From IMG/VR virus record IMGVR_UViG_3300050514_000079: a stretch of DNA of 47,377 nt; one strand, written 5' to 3'. Under the pieces are notes generated by a model, which did no database searches, had not been told where the DNA came from, and saw nothing but the letters and a program-made list of their open reading frames with translations. The translations under genes and the position numbers were made by a program. This DNA is from a virus. This document shows positions 1-6,283 of this stretch, piece after piece; the stretch's first letter is position 1, and the number at the start of each line of letters is the position of its first letter.

Positions 1-127
1 CATCCATACTGAGCGAGCGACGGCGTACTTCTGACGCCAATTGGAGCCGTAGCCGGAGCCGGAGCCGTCGCCGTAGCCGTAGCCGGAGCCGGAGCCGGAG
101 CCGTCGCCGTAGCCGTAGCCGGAGCCG
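1..127. repeat. Terminal direct repeat, left copy (identical to 47251..47377); circular-closure overlap
   Basis: 127/127 nt identity between window start and end, checked base by base. Typical of an assembler closing a circle (overlap equal to k-mer length) or of terminal redundancy. Confidence 0.97.
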
Positions 128-216
128 TCGCCGTAGCCGTCGCCGTAGCCGTAGCCGGAGTGTGTCCACTCCGGCACTTCGCCGCGAATCAGTTCGCCCA
201 CGGCGCCGCCTCCCAC
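1..216 (-). CDS. N-terminal part of the junction-spanning Gly/Tyr-repeat protein (continues into 46930..47250 on the circle; 178 aa in total)
   Basis: Minus frame is open from the in-frame TGA at 241..243 to the window edge, in phase with ORF 46930..47253. GTG at 216 has GGAGG 10 nt upstream (alternative GTGs at 201 and 177). Not in the ORF track because it runs off the window. Confidence 0.7.
   Translation of the reverse strand, partial: MGGGAVGELIRGEVPEWTHSGYGYGDGYGDGSGYGYGDGSGSGSGYGYGDGSGSGYGSNWRQKYAVARSVWM
43..156 (-). repeat. Tandem hexanucleotide repeat (GGC-TAC / GGC-GAC / GGC-TCC) x19, coding
   Basis: Minus-strand reading gives 19 consecutive Gly-X dipeptides (X = Tyr, Asp, Ser). 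Part of it lies inside the 127-nt terminal overlap. Confidence 0.95.
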
Positions 217-479
217 TTCGTCACGGCCTCCGCGCTTACCTCAACGACGGACGTGATGTCGCGAAGTTCGATGTCGGCGGGCGGACCGATCTTGCACTGT
301 TTCGACGGCCCGATTGAAGCAAGCCCCATGAAGCCGCGCAGGTCCGCCGTCCAGTAGACGCAGAGTCTCGCTCTCGCGAGTTTGATCGACGCGCCCGATG
401 TGTCGTCTGCGTAGCCGAAGAACACGCCGCGGTGCGCGGTGGTGACGATAACGGGGCGTTGTTTCGTTTTCGAAGGCAT
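189..479 (-). CDS. Small conserved-looking phage protein, function unknown
   Basis: 96-aa ORF. AGGAGA RBS 5 nt upstream of the ATG, directly after the stop of the HTH gene. Sequence RPVIVTTAHRGVFFGY...CVYW looks like a folded domain. Confidence 0.7.
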   Translation of the reverse strand: MPSKTKQRPVIVTTAHRGVFFGYADDTSGASIKLARARLCVYWTADLRGFMGLASIGPSKQCKIGPPADIELRDITSVVEVSAEAVTKWEAAPWAN

Positions 480-492
480 TACTTTCTCCTAT

Positions 493-575
493 TCCTCACG
501 AGAACAGCCAAGCGAGCAACTTCACGAGCCCGCGTATGTCGCACGCTTCGTCGTTCTCAATCCGGCACAGTGTGG
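493..575. repeat. 83-bp perfect direct repeat, copy a (3' end of the HTH gene)
   Basis: Identical to 1646..1728 at every base. Flanking bases differ on both sides. Confidence 0.95.
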
Positions 576-663
576 ATGCCGAGACGCCGATCTCCTTCGC
601 AAGCGTCCGTTGATCTACCTCACGCTTGAATCGGTACGCCTTGAGTGCTTCTCCAATTCGCAT
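496..663 (-). CDS. XRE/Cro-type helix-turn-helix regulator (55 aa)
   Basis: Hand translation: MRIGEALKAYRFKREVDQRTLAKEIGVSASTLCRIENDEACDIRGLVKLLAWLFS. Classic HTH_3 pattern (TLAKEIGVSASTLCRIEN). Below the 60-aa cut-off of the ORF track. Confidence 0.8.
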   Translation of the reverse strand: MRIGEALKAYRFKREVDQRTLAKEIGVSASTLCRIENDEACDIRGLVKLLAWLFS

Positions 664-670
664 GCGCGTT

Positions 671-699
671 AGTTTAGGTCCGCGATTTCAGAAAAGCAA
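671..699 (-). promoter_or_regulatory. Sigma70-like promoter for the 55-aa HTH gene (TTGCTT-17-TAAACT), predicted leaderless
   Basis: -35 at 699..694, 17-nt spacer, -10 at 676..671. Only 7 nt separate the -10 from the ATG at 663, and there is no SD. Confidence 0.4.
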
Positions 700-759
700 C
701 AGGCGCGCGAAGAAATACCTTTTGGGTAAGTTCCTAGATAAGGAAATGTGACCGAATTA

Positions 760-1181
760 AATTCGCCCTCTTCCCCTTCCCCGCAAACCTCTACCCTAGC
801 TCCCTCCGTCATCTCCCCCCGGAGGAGCGCCGGAGTCCGTCGTAGCGGGTGCTCCCCGGCTTCCTATCCTTTGGGCTGTCAGCGCTCCCTCCGGCGCCAG
901 CGGGGTCTGACCGCCAGCGCACCCGTAGCTTGTTTAGGCTACGAGACCCTGACGTCGGTCGTAGTGCCCTCGACTCGGATAGACACATGGCCTAAAAATT
1001 GTCGCCGCTACTGACGCGAGCGGCCAGCCATAGCTCAGGACGGGTGAGCTTTCGTTATCGTGCCCGGCAAGGATTGTGCTACCCTGCGATTCGACCATGT
1101 GCAGGGCGGAGCGTACGCCGCGCCGTCCGGTCTGTCAACGGGGTAGTCGAGCCGCACGGCTCCTACCCCCGCGACGTTCCC
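760..1181 (-). other. ORF-free, stem-rich island 1 (candidate structured RNA, or remnant of inserted DNA)
   Basis: No minus-strand ORF of 60 aa or more. Plus-strand ORFs here are Arg/Ser/Pro junk. Several perfect hairpins (e.g. 1140..1169) and long-range complements. G-tract run on the minus strand at 766..820. Confidence 0.35.
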
Positions 1182-1421
1182 TCAACCCCCGTGGAGTCGG
1201 CGGGAGGGAAGTACACCCTCGCGATGTGGCGGCTGAGCGGAAGCGGGATTCGCGCGATGCCCGAGTTCCAGCCGATCAGCGAGGTAATACTTCAACGCCT
1301 GCTCGCGACCAAACTGATTCGGATAGCCAGCCCGCACCTCGTCGAATTCGGCCTCGTAGTCTAGCGGCGGCGTGGAGAAGAGGGCGTCCATCGTGGCCTT
1401 CGTGACCTTAGCGCGGCGCAT
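1182..1421 (-). pseudogene. Truncated paralogue (first ~55 residues) of gene 46530..46925, fused to an unrelated 25-codon tail
   Basis: MDALFSTPPLDYEAEFDEVRAGYPNQFGREQALKYYLADRLELG matches the full-length copy. Homology stops at 1263/1264 and the frame runs into island 1. It may still be translated (TGATG coupling at 1421). Confidence 0.55.
1264..1358. repeat. 95-bp perfect direct repeat, copy a
   Basis: Identical to 46798..46892. A further ~34 nt (1359..1392 versus 46893..46925) align with 6 mismatches and a 3-nt indel. Confidence 0.95.
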
Positions 1422-1642
1422 CAGTTCGTCCGCTCTGGCGCGACGTAGACGAAGCCCTTGCGGTGGTAGCACTTCGGGAACATCGCCGCCTTCTGATTCC
1501 ACGGCGGGCTTTGCCACACGCCGACCTCCTTGCGCTTGATGCGAACGGCGTCTTTCAGACTCCAGCACTCGGTCACGCCGTACGGGTTGTTGCCGTTGTA
1601 GAAGTCGTCCTCGCAACCAGCGCAGAATTTGCGGTCCATCAT
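1421..1642 (-). CDS. Cys-rich small phage protein (73 aa), function unknown
   Basis: ORF MMDRKFCAGCEDDFYNGNNPYG...CYHRKGFVYV with GAGGAG upstream of the start. Confidence 0.7.
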   Translation of the reverse strand: MMDRKFCAGCEDDFYNGNNPYGVTECWSLKDAVRIKRKEVGVWQSPPWNQKAAMFPKCYHRKGFVYVAPERTN

Positions 1643-1645
1643 CGC

Positions 1646-1728
1646 TCCTCACGAGAACAGCCAAGCGAGCAACTTCACGAGCCCGCGTATGTCGCACGCT
1701 TCGTCGTTCTCAATCCGGCACAGTGTGG
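1646..1728. repeat. 83-bp perfect direct repeat, copy b (orphan 3' fragment of the HTH gene)
   Basis: Identical to 493..575. In the HTH frame it has no start codon and no N-terminal half upstream. Confidence 0.95.
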
Positions 1729-1812
1729 CCGGACCAGCGGGTAGCCGAAGTGCGCGACCGCCTGTAAGAGGACGACGGCTGCGGCGCCGCAGAGGAATGG
1801 GAAGGCGATCAA
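1675..1812 (-). CDS. Possible 45-aa membrane peptide (TTG start)
   Basis: TTG overlaps the upstream stop (TTGA). Encodes a hydrophobic stretch IAFPFLCGAAAVVLLQAVAHFGY. It reads the duplicated HTH fragment in another frame. Speculative. Confidence 0.2.
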   Translation of the reverse strand: MIAFPFLCGAAAVVLLQAVAHFGYPLVRPHCAGLRTTKRATYAGS

Positions 1813-2105
1813 ATAGCCTCCGCATCGACAGACCACGCGGAGACTTCGCGGCTTTCGATTCGATACCACAACAGGGCAGGCATCCGTTCGCGCTCGGCTT
1901 TCGAATTCTCTGCGATCGTCACACCTTCGCAGCCGCATTCCCGTCCAGAACAGCAAAGGAACTCATCACCGTCTTTGCCGAACATCTTCCATGGTTCTGG
2001 ATCAGTCATCACGCGGACGAGACGAATGGCTGACAAGCGTCTTTTGTAGATTCTGCGCTTAACGCTCAACCCTTCGCGCTGCCAGACAACACGATACTCA
2101 GTCAT
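1809..2105 (-). CDS. Hypothetical protein (98 aa)
   Basis: ATG at 2105 overlaps the upstream stop (ATGA). The longer track ORF 1809..2216 has a junk N-terminus. Confidence 0.6.
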   Translation of the reverse strand: MTEYRVVWQREGLSVKRRIYKRRLSAIRLVRVMTDPEPWKMFGKDGDEFLCCSGRECGCEGVTIAENSKAERERMPALLWYRIESREVSAWSVDAEAI

Positions 2106-2317
2106 TGTCCTCCCATCCCGCAGCACCGATGCTCCCTCATGCACTTCGGACAGATCCCGACAGCTCCCGCGCCAAGGCCGCACGCGACGCACTCGTCCAA
2201 GAATTCGGCGCGCCACGGATCACCGCATTCCGAACACGGCTTCAGCATCCGCTGTCGATCAATCGAACGCTCAATTACCGCAGGAGTGCGGCGGTCGTAG
2301 TATTCGTCGTCGTTCAT
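2102..2317 (-). CDS. Small zinc-ribbon-like protein (71 aa)
   Basis: MNDDEYYDRR...CSECG...CVACG...CPKC. Four Cys pairs. Start is 2 nt after the RuvC stop. Confidence 0.6.
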   Translation of the reverse strand: MNDDEYYDRRTPAVIERSIDRQRMLKPCSECGDPWRAEFLDECVACGLGAGAVGICPKCMREHRCCGMGGQ

Positions 2318-2319
2318 GC

Positions 2320-2853
2320 TTATCCTCGCCGCCGTCCCCATTCGGCGAGCAATAACGCCTCGGCACGATTGTGATGCTTCACGAGTTTCAGGTCATCAGC
2401 GACGGACGGGAAGAGTTGAATTGCCTTCAAACGTGCAGCGTTCTTGTCGCGCGCTTCGCCTGGCATCATTGCTCGTTTCCACACTTGCGGGTTAACCGTC
2501 TCGAAGCTGGCATGCTTCTGAATCGCAAGCACTGCAAGCATCGCTTCGATGTGTCCATTCAGGCGAAACGTACCGGCTAGCGTCACAATCGACTGTCCGG
2601 CGAGTTCGGTCCCGTCACCAGTGTTGTCCCTTCCGCGCATGGCTGGCCCCATAACCGGAGCCTCAAGAAAGAAATGCGTTGGATACGTCGCGAGACCATC
2701 CATCATTATCCAAGTTGCGCGGAGGTCCAGAACTGATCGCCGCTTTCGACCCACAAAGATGGTGACGATTGGCAGATCGAGCAAAACTATATCGCTCTCG
2801 TCGATGGATGCGACTGCGCCAGTAGTACCAGGATCGATGCCTACGAATCTCAT
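2320..2853 (-). CDS. ruvC: RuvC-like Holliday-junction resolvase
   Basis: N-terminal MRFVGIDPGTTGA (catalytic Asp motif) and C-terminal HHNRAEALLLAEW, as in the phage/bacterial RuvC family. ATGA coupling at 2853. Confidence 0.8.
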   Translation of the reverse strand: MRFVGIDPGTTGAVASIDESDIVLLDLPIVTIFVGRKRRSVLDLRATWIMMDGLATYPTHFFLEAPVMGPAMRGRDNTGDGTELAGQSIVTLAGTFRLNGHIEAMLAVLAIQKHASFETVNPQVWKRAMMPGEARDKNAARLKAIQLFPSVADDLKLVKHHNRAEALLLAEWGRRRG

Positions 2854-3059
2854 CGTTTCGCTCCCACGCGGCATTGGCAGCGCTCACCATCGGAAATCAC
2901 GAGGCACGGTTCCGAGCCGTGAGTGTGATCACAGATGCGACAAGGTGACGCGGTGAGTGGATCGTGACGCACTGCGGATCGATGGTACGAACGATGCCAA
3001 GCTGGCGATATCATGTTCAACTCTTCCATCAGCTTGCGGTCCTCTGCGTCGCCGATCAT
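2850..3059 (-). CDS. Hypothetical protein (69 aa)
   Basis: MIGDAEDRKLMEEL... Coupled by ATGA at both ends. Confidence 0.5.
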   Translation of the reverse strand: MIGDAEDRKLMEELNMISPAWHRSYHRSAVRHDPLTASPCRICDHTHGSEPCLVISDGERCQCRVGAKR

Positions 3060-3142
3060 TGACGCTCGCGCCAACCGAAACAACGGCCAACCGCGAATCC
3101 GGGCACGCAGCCAAAGAAGAAGGCTAGAAATATGTCAATCAT
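3056..3142 (-). CDS. Possible 28-aa hydrophobic peptide
   Basis: MIDIFLAFFFGCVPGFAVGRCFGWRERQ. Its stop overlaps the next ATG (ATGA). Very short, so low confidence. Confidence 0.25.
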   Translation of the reverse strand: MIDIFLAFFFGCVPGFAVGRCFGWRERQ

Positions 3143-3152
3143 ACCGCTCCGA

Positions 3153-3305
3153 TCATTTCGCCGCGGTCGGCATGAGCTTATTCGCCGGCACCGAAAGCGC
3201 CAGCCGCCAGAAGATCGCGCAGGCGTCAATTCGATCCTTCAGCGCCCATTCGCGATTCGCTAGAAGATGATCGTGCGCGCGGAGGAGAAAGTAGAAGACG
3301 GTCAT
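3153..3305 (-). CDS. Possible 50-aa protein
   Basis: MTVFYFLLRAHDHLLANREWALKDRIDACAIFWRL... ATG directly abuts the upstream TAG. Confidence 0.3.
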   Translation of the reverse strand: MTVFYFLLRAHDHLLANREWALKDRIDACAIFWRLALSVPANKLMPTAAK

Positions 3306-3383
3306 CTAATCGTCCAGTCTCTTGAGCGCAGCACGTTGGTTGTTGTTCATTTCGTGAACGATGTGATATTGAAACGTCTTCAT
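3306..3383 (-). CDS. Possible 25-aa peptide
   Basis: MKTFQYHIVHEMNNNQRAALKRLDD. ATG overlaps the ATPase stop (ATGA). Confidence 0.2.
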   Translation of the reverse strand: MKTFQYHIVHEMNNNQRAALKRLDD

Positions 3384-4354
3384 TGCCTCTCCTGAATCTG
3401 CCGCAACCGTTCGTCGCGGGCTGAGGTTATGCGGACTGCGGATTCAACGTCCTCGGCCTTCTGCACCTCGGCGATAAGATCGGCACATTTCGCGAACGCT
3501 GCCTTGACGCCGTCTTCCGTCTTCCGCTTCATGATGTAGTCGATGGCTGCGGTGACGCGCTCGGCCAACGTGGGTTCCTTCCGAGATTCCGAGCCCTTGG
3601 CCCATTCGGCCATCGCCTTGCCGTGCGCTTCGCTGATCTGCTGCGGTTTCTCGAACAGATCGCGAAACTGTGCCGGCAGTTTCATCATCAGTTTCTCGCC
3701 AACCTTTTCGGAACTCCAAGTCGGGATACCGTCCGCATGCGGCATCAGCAGGGCGTTGATGGTCATCTCGAAAAGGAACTCTTCGCCAGCGATCGGCATG
3801 AATCCGAGTTCGATAGGCTCACCGCCCTTCACTGGCTTGATCTTCTCTTTCGCGCGGAAGCAAAAAACGAAGGCGGCATCCATTTGCAACAGGCCGTTGA
3901 TAAGCGCGCGCCGATTAGCGGCAGGCTTGATCCACGCCGTGAAGTTGTTCCGCTTGCGCTTGTCCCAATCGTCGCCTGCGATGCGGTCGAGCTCCGCGTC
4001 ATGCAGTGCGAGATAGCCGCCCTCTCCTTCGTGTTCGTGGCTCATGCTGTCTACGATGACGACGCCAGCCTTCTTCCCGACGCAGTAGCGGAGCACGGCG
4101 AGGTAGTCGAGAGATCCGAATGGCGCAGCGAAGGGTACGTGCTGAAACTTGAAGCGATCAGCGTAGTGAAGCGCACGCCGAGCCTCCGTATCGACGACGT
4201 AGATATCGCCGCCGCGGACGGATTGAATGCCAGTTGCAAGCCGAAGCGCGGAATAAGTTTTCCCGCCGCCACTCGGCCCCATTAGCCCGACGAGGAGCGG
4301 GACTTCCGTGCGGACGCCAAGAGAGGCTGTAAACTCCCGGTCAGGAAGTTTCAT
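3380..4354 (-). CDS. AAA_24 / Sak4-like RecA-fold ATPase (recombination)
   Basis: Walker A GLMGPSGGGKTYSAL and Walker B-like VVIVDSMSHEHE. Size and position next to a PD-(D/E)XK nuclease fit phage Sak4-type modules. Confidence 0.75.
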   Translation of the reverse strand: MKLPDREFTASLGVRTEVPLLVGLMGPSGGGKTYSALRLATGIQSVRGGDIYVVDTEARRALHYADRFKFQHVPFAAPFGSLDYLAVLRYCVGKKAGVVIVDSMSHEHEGEGGYLALHDAELDRIAGDDWDKRKRNNFTAWIKPAANRRALINGLLQMDAAFVFCFRAKEKIKPVKGGEPIELGFMPIAGEEFLFEMTINALLMPHADGIPTWSSEKVGEKLMMKLPAQFRDLFEKPQQISEAHGKAMAEWAKGSESRKEPTLAERVTAAIDYIMKRKTEDGVKAAFAKCADLIAEVQKAEDVESAVRITSARDERLRQIQERQ

Positions 4355-5268
4355 CGCAACTCCTCGTCTTCGTACTCACGCATGAGCCAATCGGGAGGCT
4401 GCGGCGAGCACGTCTTCGGCAGCGCCGGCCAAGAGTTATTCTTTAGGCAGAGTGCGAAGGTGTCGGCGGCGCGGTCGATCCGCATACGGGCCACGTGAAT
4501 CCACGATTCGGGCAGGTCAACGAAGCGCGCCTGAAACGGCGGATTCAACTCGCACACGACGAAGCGGAACGCCCATCGCCCCTTGGTGTTCGGTGCGAGC
4601 GCTTCGACGCCTTCCGTATAGAACGCCTGCTGAATGTGCCACTGCTCGGACGCGGCCTTGCGCTGGATAGAGCGGTCATCGATTGCGAGATCCGTGAACT
4701 TAGGGTCCAGGATCAGCAGGTGCTTTCGCGAGATGTGGTCCACTAAGGCGCGGCACCAAATCGACCCATGAGCCGAAGTTTCGCCTCGCCAGATCACGGC
4801 CTGCTCAGACTCGCCGAGGGGGAAGTCTCCGTACTCGGCAACGATCAAATCCTTCATCACCTGAGCCGCTGTTTCGGCGCGTGCTGAGCGTTCGCGGGTG
4901 ATGACGATCAACCCATCGGCTTCACGGGCTGCCTTCCACTGCGCGGCAGCCTTGCTGCCCCACGTCTGAGAGGGGACGCCTTTCTCGGTCAGGTGCTCGG
5001 ATGGATCACCGACGATGTAGCGCGTCCCTTTGCCAAGGACGATGCAGTGCGCGATGGCCCCGATATCCTGCGCGTCCGTGGTGTCGCGAAGACGATCGGG
5101 CCAGCGGGTGAGCCGAGGATGCCACGAAGCAAAAGACGCTGGCGAGCCGCTCAGCAACCGTTTGATGCCGGAGGAGCTGAGAGACGGTTCAGGGCAACAA
5201 TCGGCGTGGTATTGCTCCGGTGTTAAATCATAAACACCAGGGCCGGGCACGGTAAATTCAGGAGACAT
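4351..5268 (-). CDS. PD-(D/E)XK-family nuclease (Cas4/RecB-like exonuclease fold)
   Basis: LILDPKFT...QQAFY (D..D/E-x-K plus QxxxY-like motifs). GGAGG 7 nt upstream of the ATG at 5268. Paired with the ATPase as in phage recombination modules. Confidence 0.65.
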   Translation of the reverse strand: MSPEFTVPGPGVYDLTPEQYHADCCPEPSLSSSGIKRLLSGSPASFASWHPRLTRWPDRLRDTTDAQDIGAIAHCIVLGKGTRYIVGDPSEHLTEKGVPSQTWGSKAAAQWKAAREADGLIVITRERSARAETAAQVMKDLIVAEYGDFPLGESEQAVIWRGETSAHGSIWCRALVDHISRKHLLILDPKFTDLAIDDRSIQRKAASEQWHIQQAFYTEGVEALAPNTKGRWAFRFVVCELNPPFQARFVDLPESWIHVARMRIDRAADTFALCLKNNSWPALPKTCSPQPPDWLMREYEDEELR

Positions 5269-5764
5269 GCTCGCGCCTCCGGCCATAGGCAATATGACTG
5301 ATGTACATGGGGCTGGTTTTGAAGGCGGCGGCTATGCGGCGCCTATTCTCGCCGCCCCAAAAGCGCCGCCTGATCTCGCGAACATCATCGTCGGATAGTT
5401 TACAGCGCGGGCTGGCAGCGCCAAATAAGTGAGGGACGCGACCGTGTCGTTTCGTGTCTGCGCAGTTTTCTTTACGCGTAGCCCACCGCAGGTTAGTTAC
5501 CGCATTATTCAACCCGTTCCCATCCCAATGCGCTACTTCATGGCGAGTTGTCGGCGGCTCCCCTAAGAACGTCAACGCGACAAGGCGCTGCACTTCGATA
5601 CGGGTTTTCTTGCCGTTGTAGTGAAGGGTAACCGCATAATACTGCGGCCTACGATCCTTGCGGATTTGCAACGAAAGCCACTTGCCGCCGACTCGGCGCA
5701 CGCGGCCGAGATTGCTCACCTCGTAGATCGGCATGCGCGGATACGGACGAATCTCCTCAGCCAT
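5258..5764 (-). CDS. HNH homing endonuclease with NUMOD4-like N-terminus
   Basis: IYEVSNLGRVRR (NUMOD4) followed by HWDGNGLNNAVTNLRWATRKEN (HNH_3). Confidence 0.8.
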   Translation of the reverse strand: MAEEIRPYPRMPIYEVSNLGRVRRVGGKWLSLQIRKDRRPQYYAVTLHYNGKKTRIEVQRLVALTFLGEPPTTRHEVAHWDGNGLNNAVTNLRWATRKENCADTKRHGRVPHLFGAASPRCKLSDDDVREIRRRFWGGENRRRIAAAFKTSPMYISHIAYGRRREHVS

Positions 5765-6095
5765 TCGTCGCCTCCCTCTTTCGCGAGAACGGATGTAAAT
5801 GAATTCCGCCGCACATGCAGCCGAGAAGGTTCAGGCAGTGCGAGGCGGCAGACCTTCCACACGGGCGCATCCGACCGGACTCCTCGTGAAGAATCGGGAA
5901 GGTGCACTCGGCTTCCGGACCAAGTTCGGACTGCACGTGTATCCCGTGCGCATCGCGAATATCCGCGATGAGCGCATTCCGCATATGCCACTGGCCGCAC
6001 GAGCACTCCGCATACTTCCGGTCGGATTCGCGGCGGGTGCGAACGGTGAGAATGTGCGAATTCTTTGCAGACGAGGCGGCGAATGGTGATGTCAT
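5757..6095 (-). CDS. Hypothetical Cys-rich protein (112 aa)
   Basis: ATGA coupling at 6095 and an 8-nt overlap with the HNH start. Confidence 0.55.
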   Translation of the reverse strand: MTSPFAASSAKNSHILTVRTRRESDRKYAECSCGQWHMRNALIADIRDAHGIHVQSELGPEAECTFPILHEESGRMRPCGRSAASHCLNLLGCMCGGIHLHPFSRKREATNG

Positions 6096-6283
6096 GCTTC
6101 CTCCAGCAGTCCGCACGACTCGGCGTAGCGCGCGCAGCTGTTGCAAGCATCGGCGCCGTTCAAGGCGAGGTCTTCAAGCCGCGCATCGGAGAGCCTGCCC
6201 GCACTCAGAAGCATGTGCTCGTCCCTCAGATGCTCCCGGTAAATATCCCGCTCGCGGTCGATGCGGTCGGTTAGCGCGGTCAT
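6092..6283 (-). CDS. Hypothetical protein (63 aa)
   Basis: ATGA coupling at both ends. Confidence 0.55.
   Translation of the reverse strand: MTALTDRIDRERDIYREHLRDEHMLLSAGRLSDARLEDLALNGADACNSCARYAESCGLLEEA

Larger units (their letters stand above)
1..1263 (-). mobile_element. Window-left part of a candidate ~1.6-kb inserted island bounded by the 95-bp direct repeats (other part 46893..47250)
   Basis: The island lies between perfect repeats 1264..1358 and 46798..46892. On one side is a truncated copy of the gene that is intact on the other side. Inference only; no integrase present. Confidence 0.3.

Noticed and set aside
189-479. A YADD tetrapeptide (GVFFGYADDTS), which suggests a reverse-transcriptase motif.
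   Set aside because: The ORF is only 96 aa and has none of the other RT motifs. Coincidental match.
1024-1110. tRNA-like elements in island 1: TA-GCTC-AGGACGGGT-GAGC (D-arm-like, 1031..1050) and CCCTGC-gattcgaccatgt-GCAGGG (1082..1106).
   Set aside because: No anticodon stem complementary to the following sequence. The second loop is 13 nt rather than a 7-nt T-loop. There is no matching acceptor stem or CCA context.
1264-1358. The repeat pairs as template/variable repeats of a diversity-generating retroelement.
   Set aside because: No reverse transcriptase is present. The cores are identical, and the mismatches in the flanking ~34 nt are not adenine-specific.
1182-1421. A group I/II intron interrupting the truncated gene, with island 1 as the intron.
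   Set aside because: No downstream exon encoding the rest of the protein follows island 1. No GUGYG 5' end, domain-V-like hairpin (AGC triad, GNRA loop) or group I P7/R-S core was seen.
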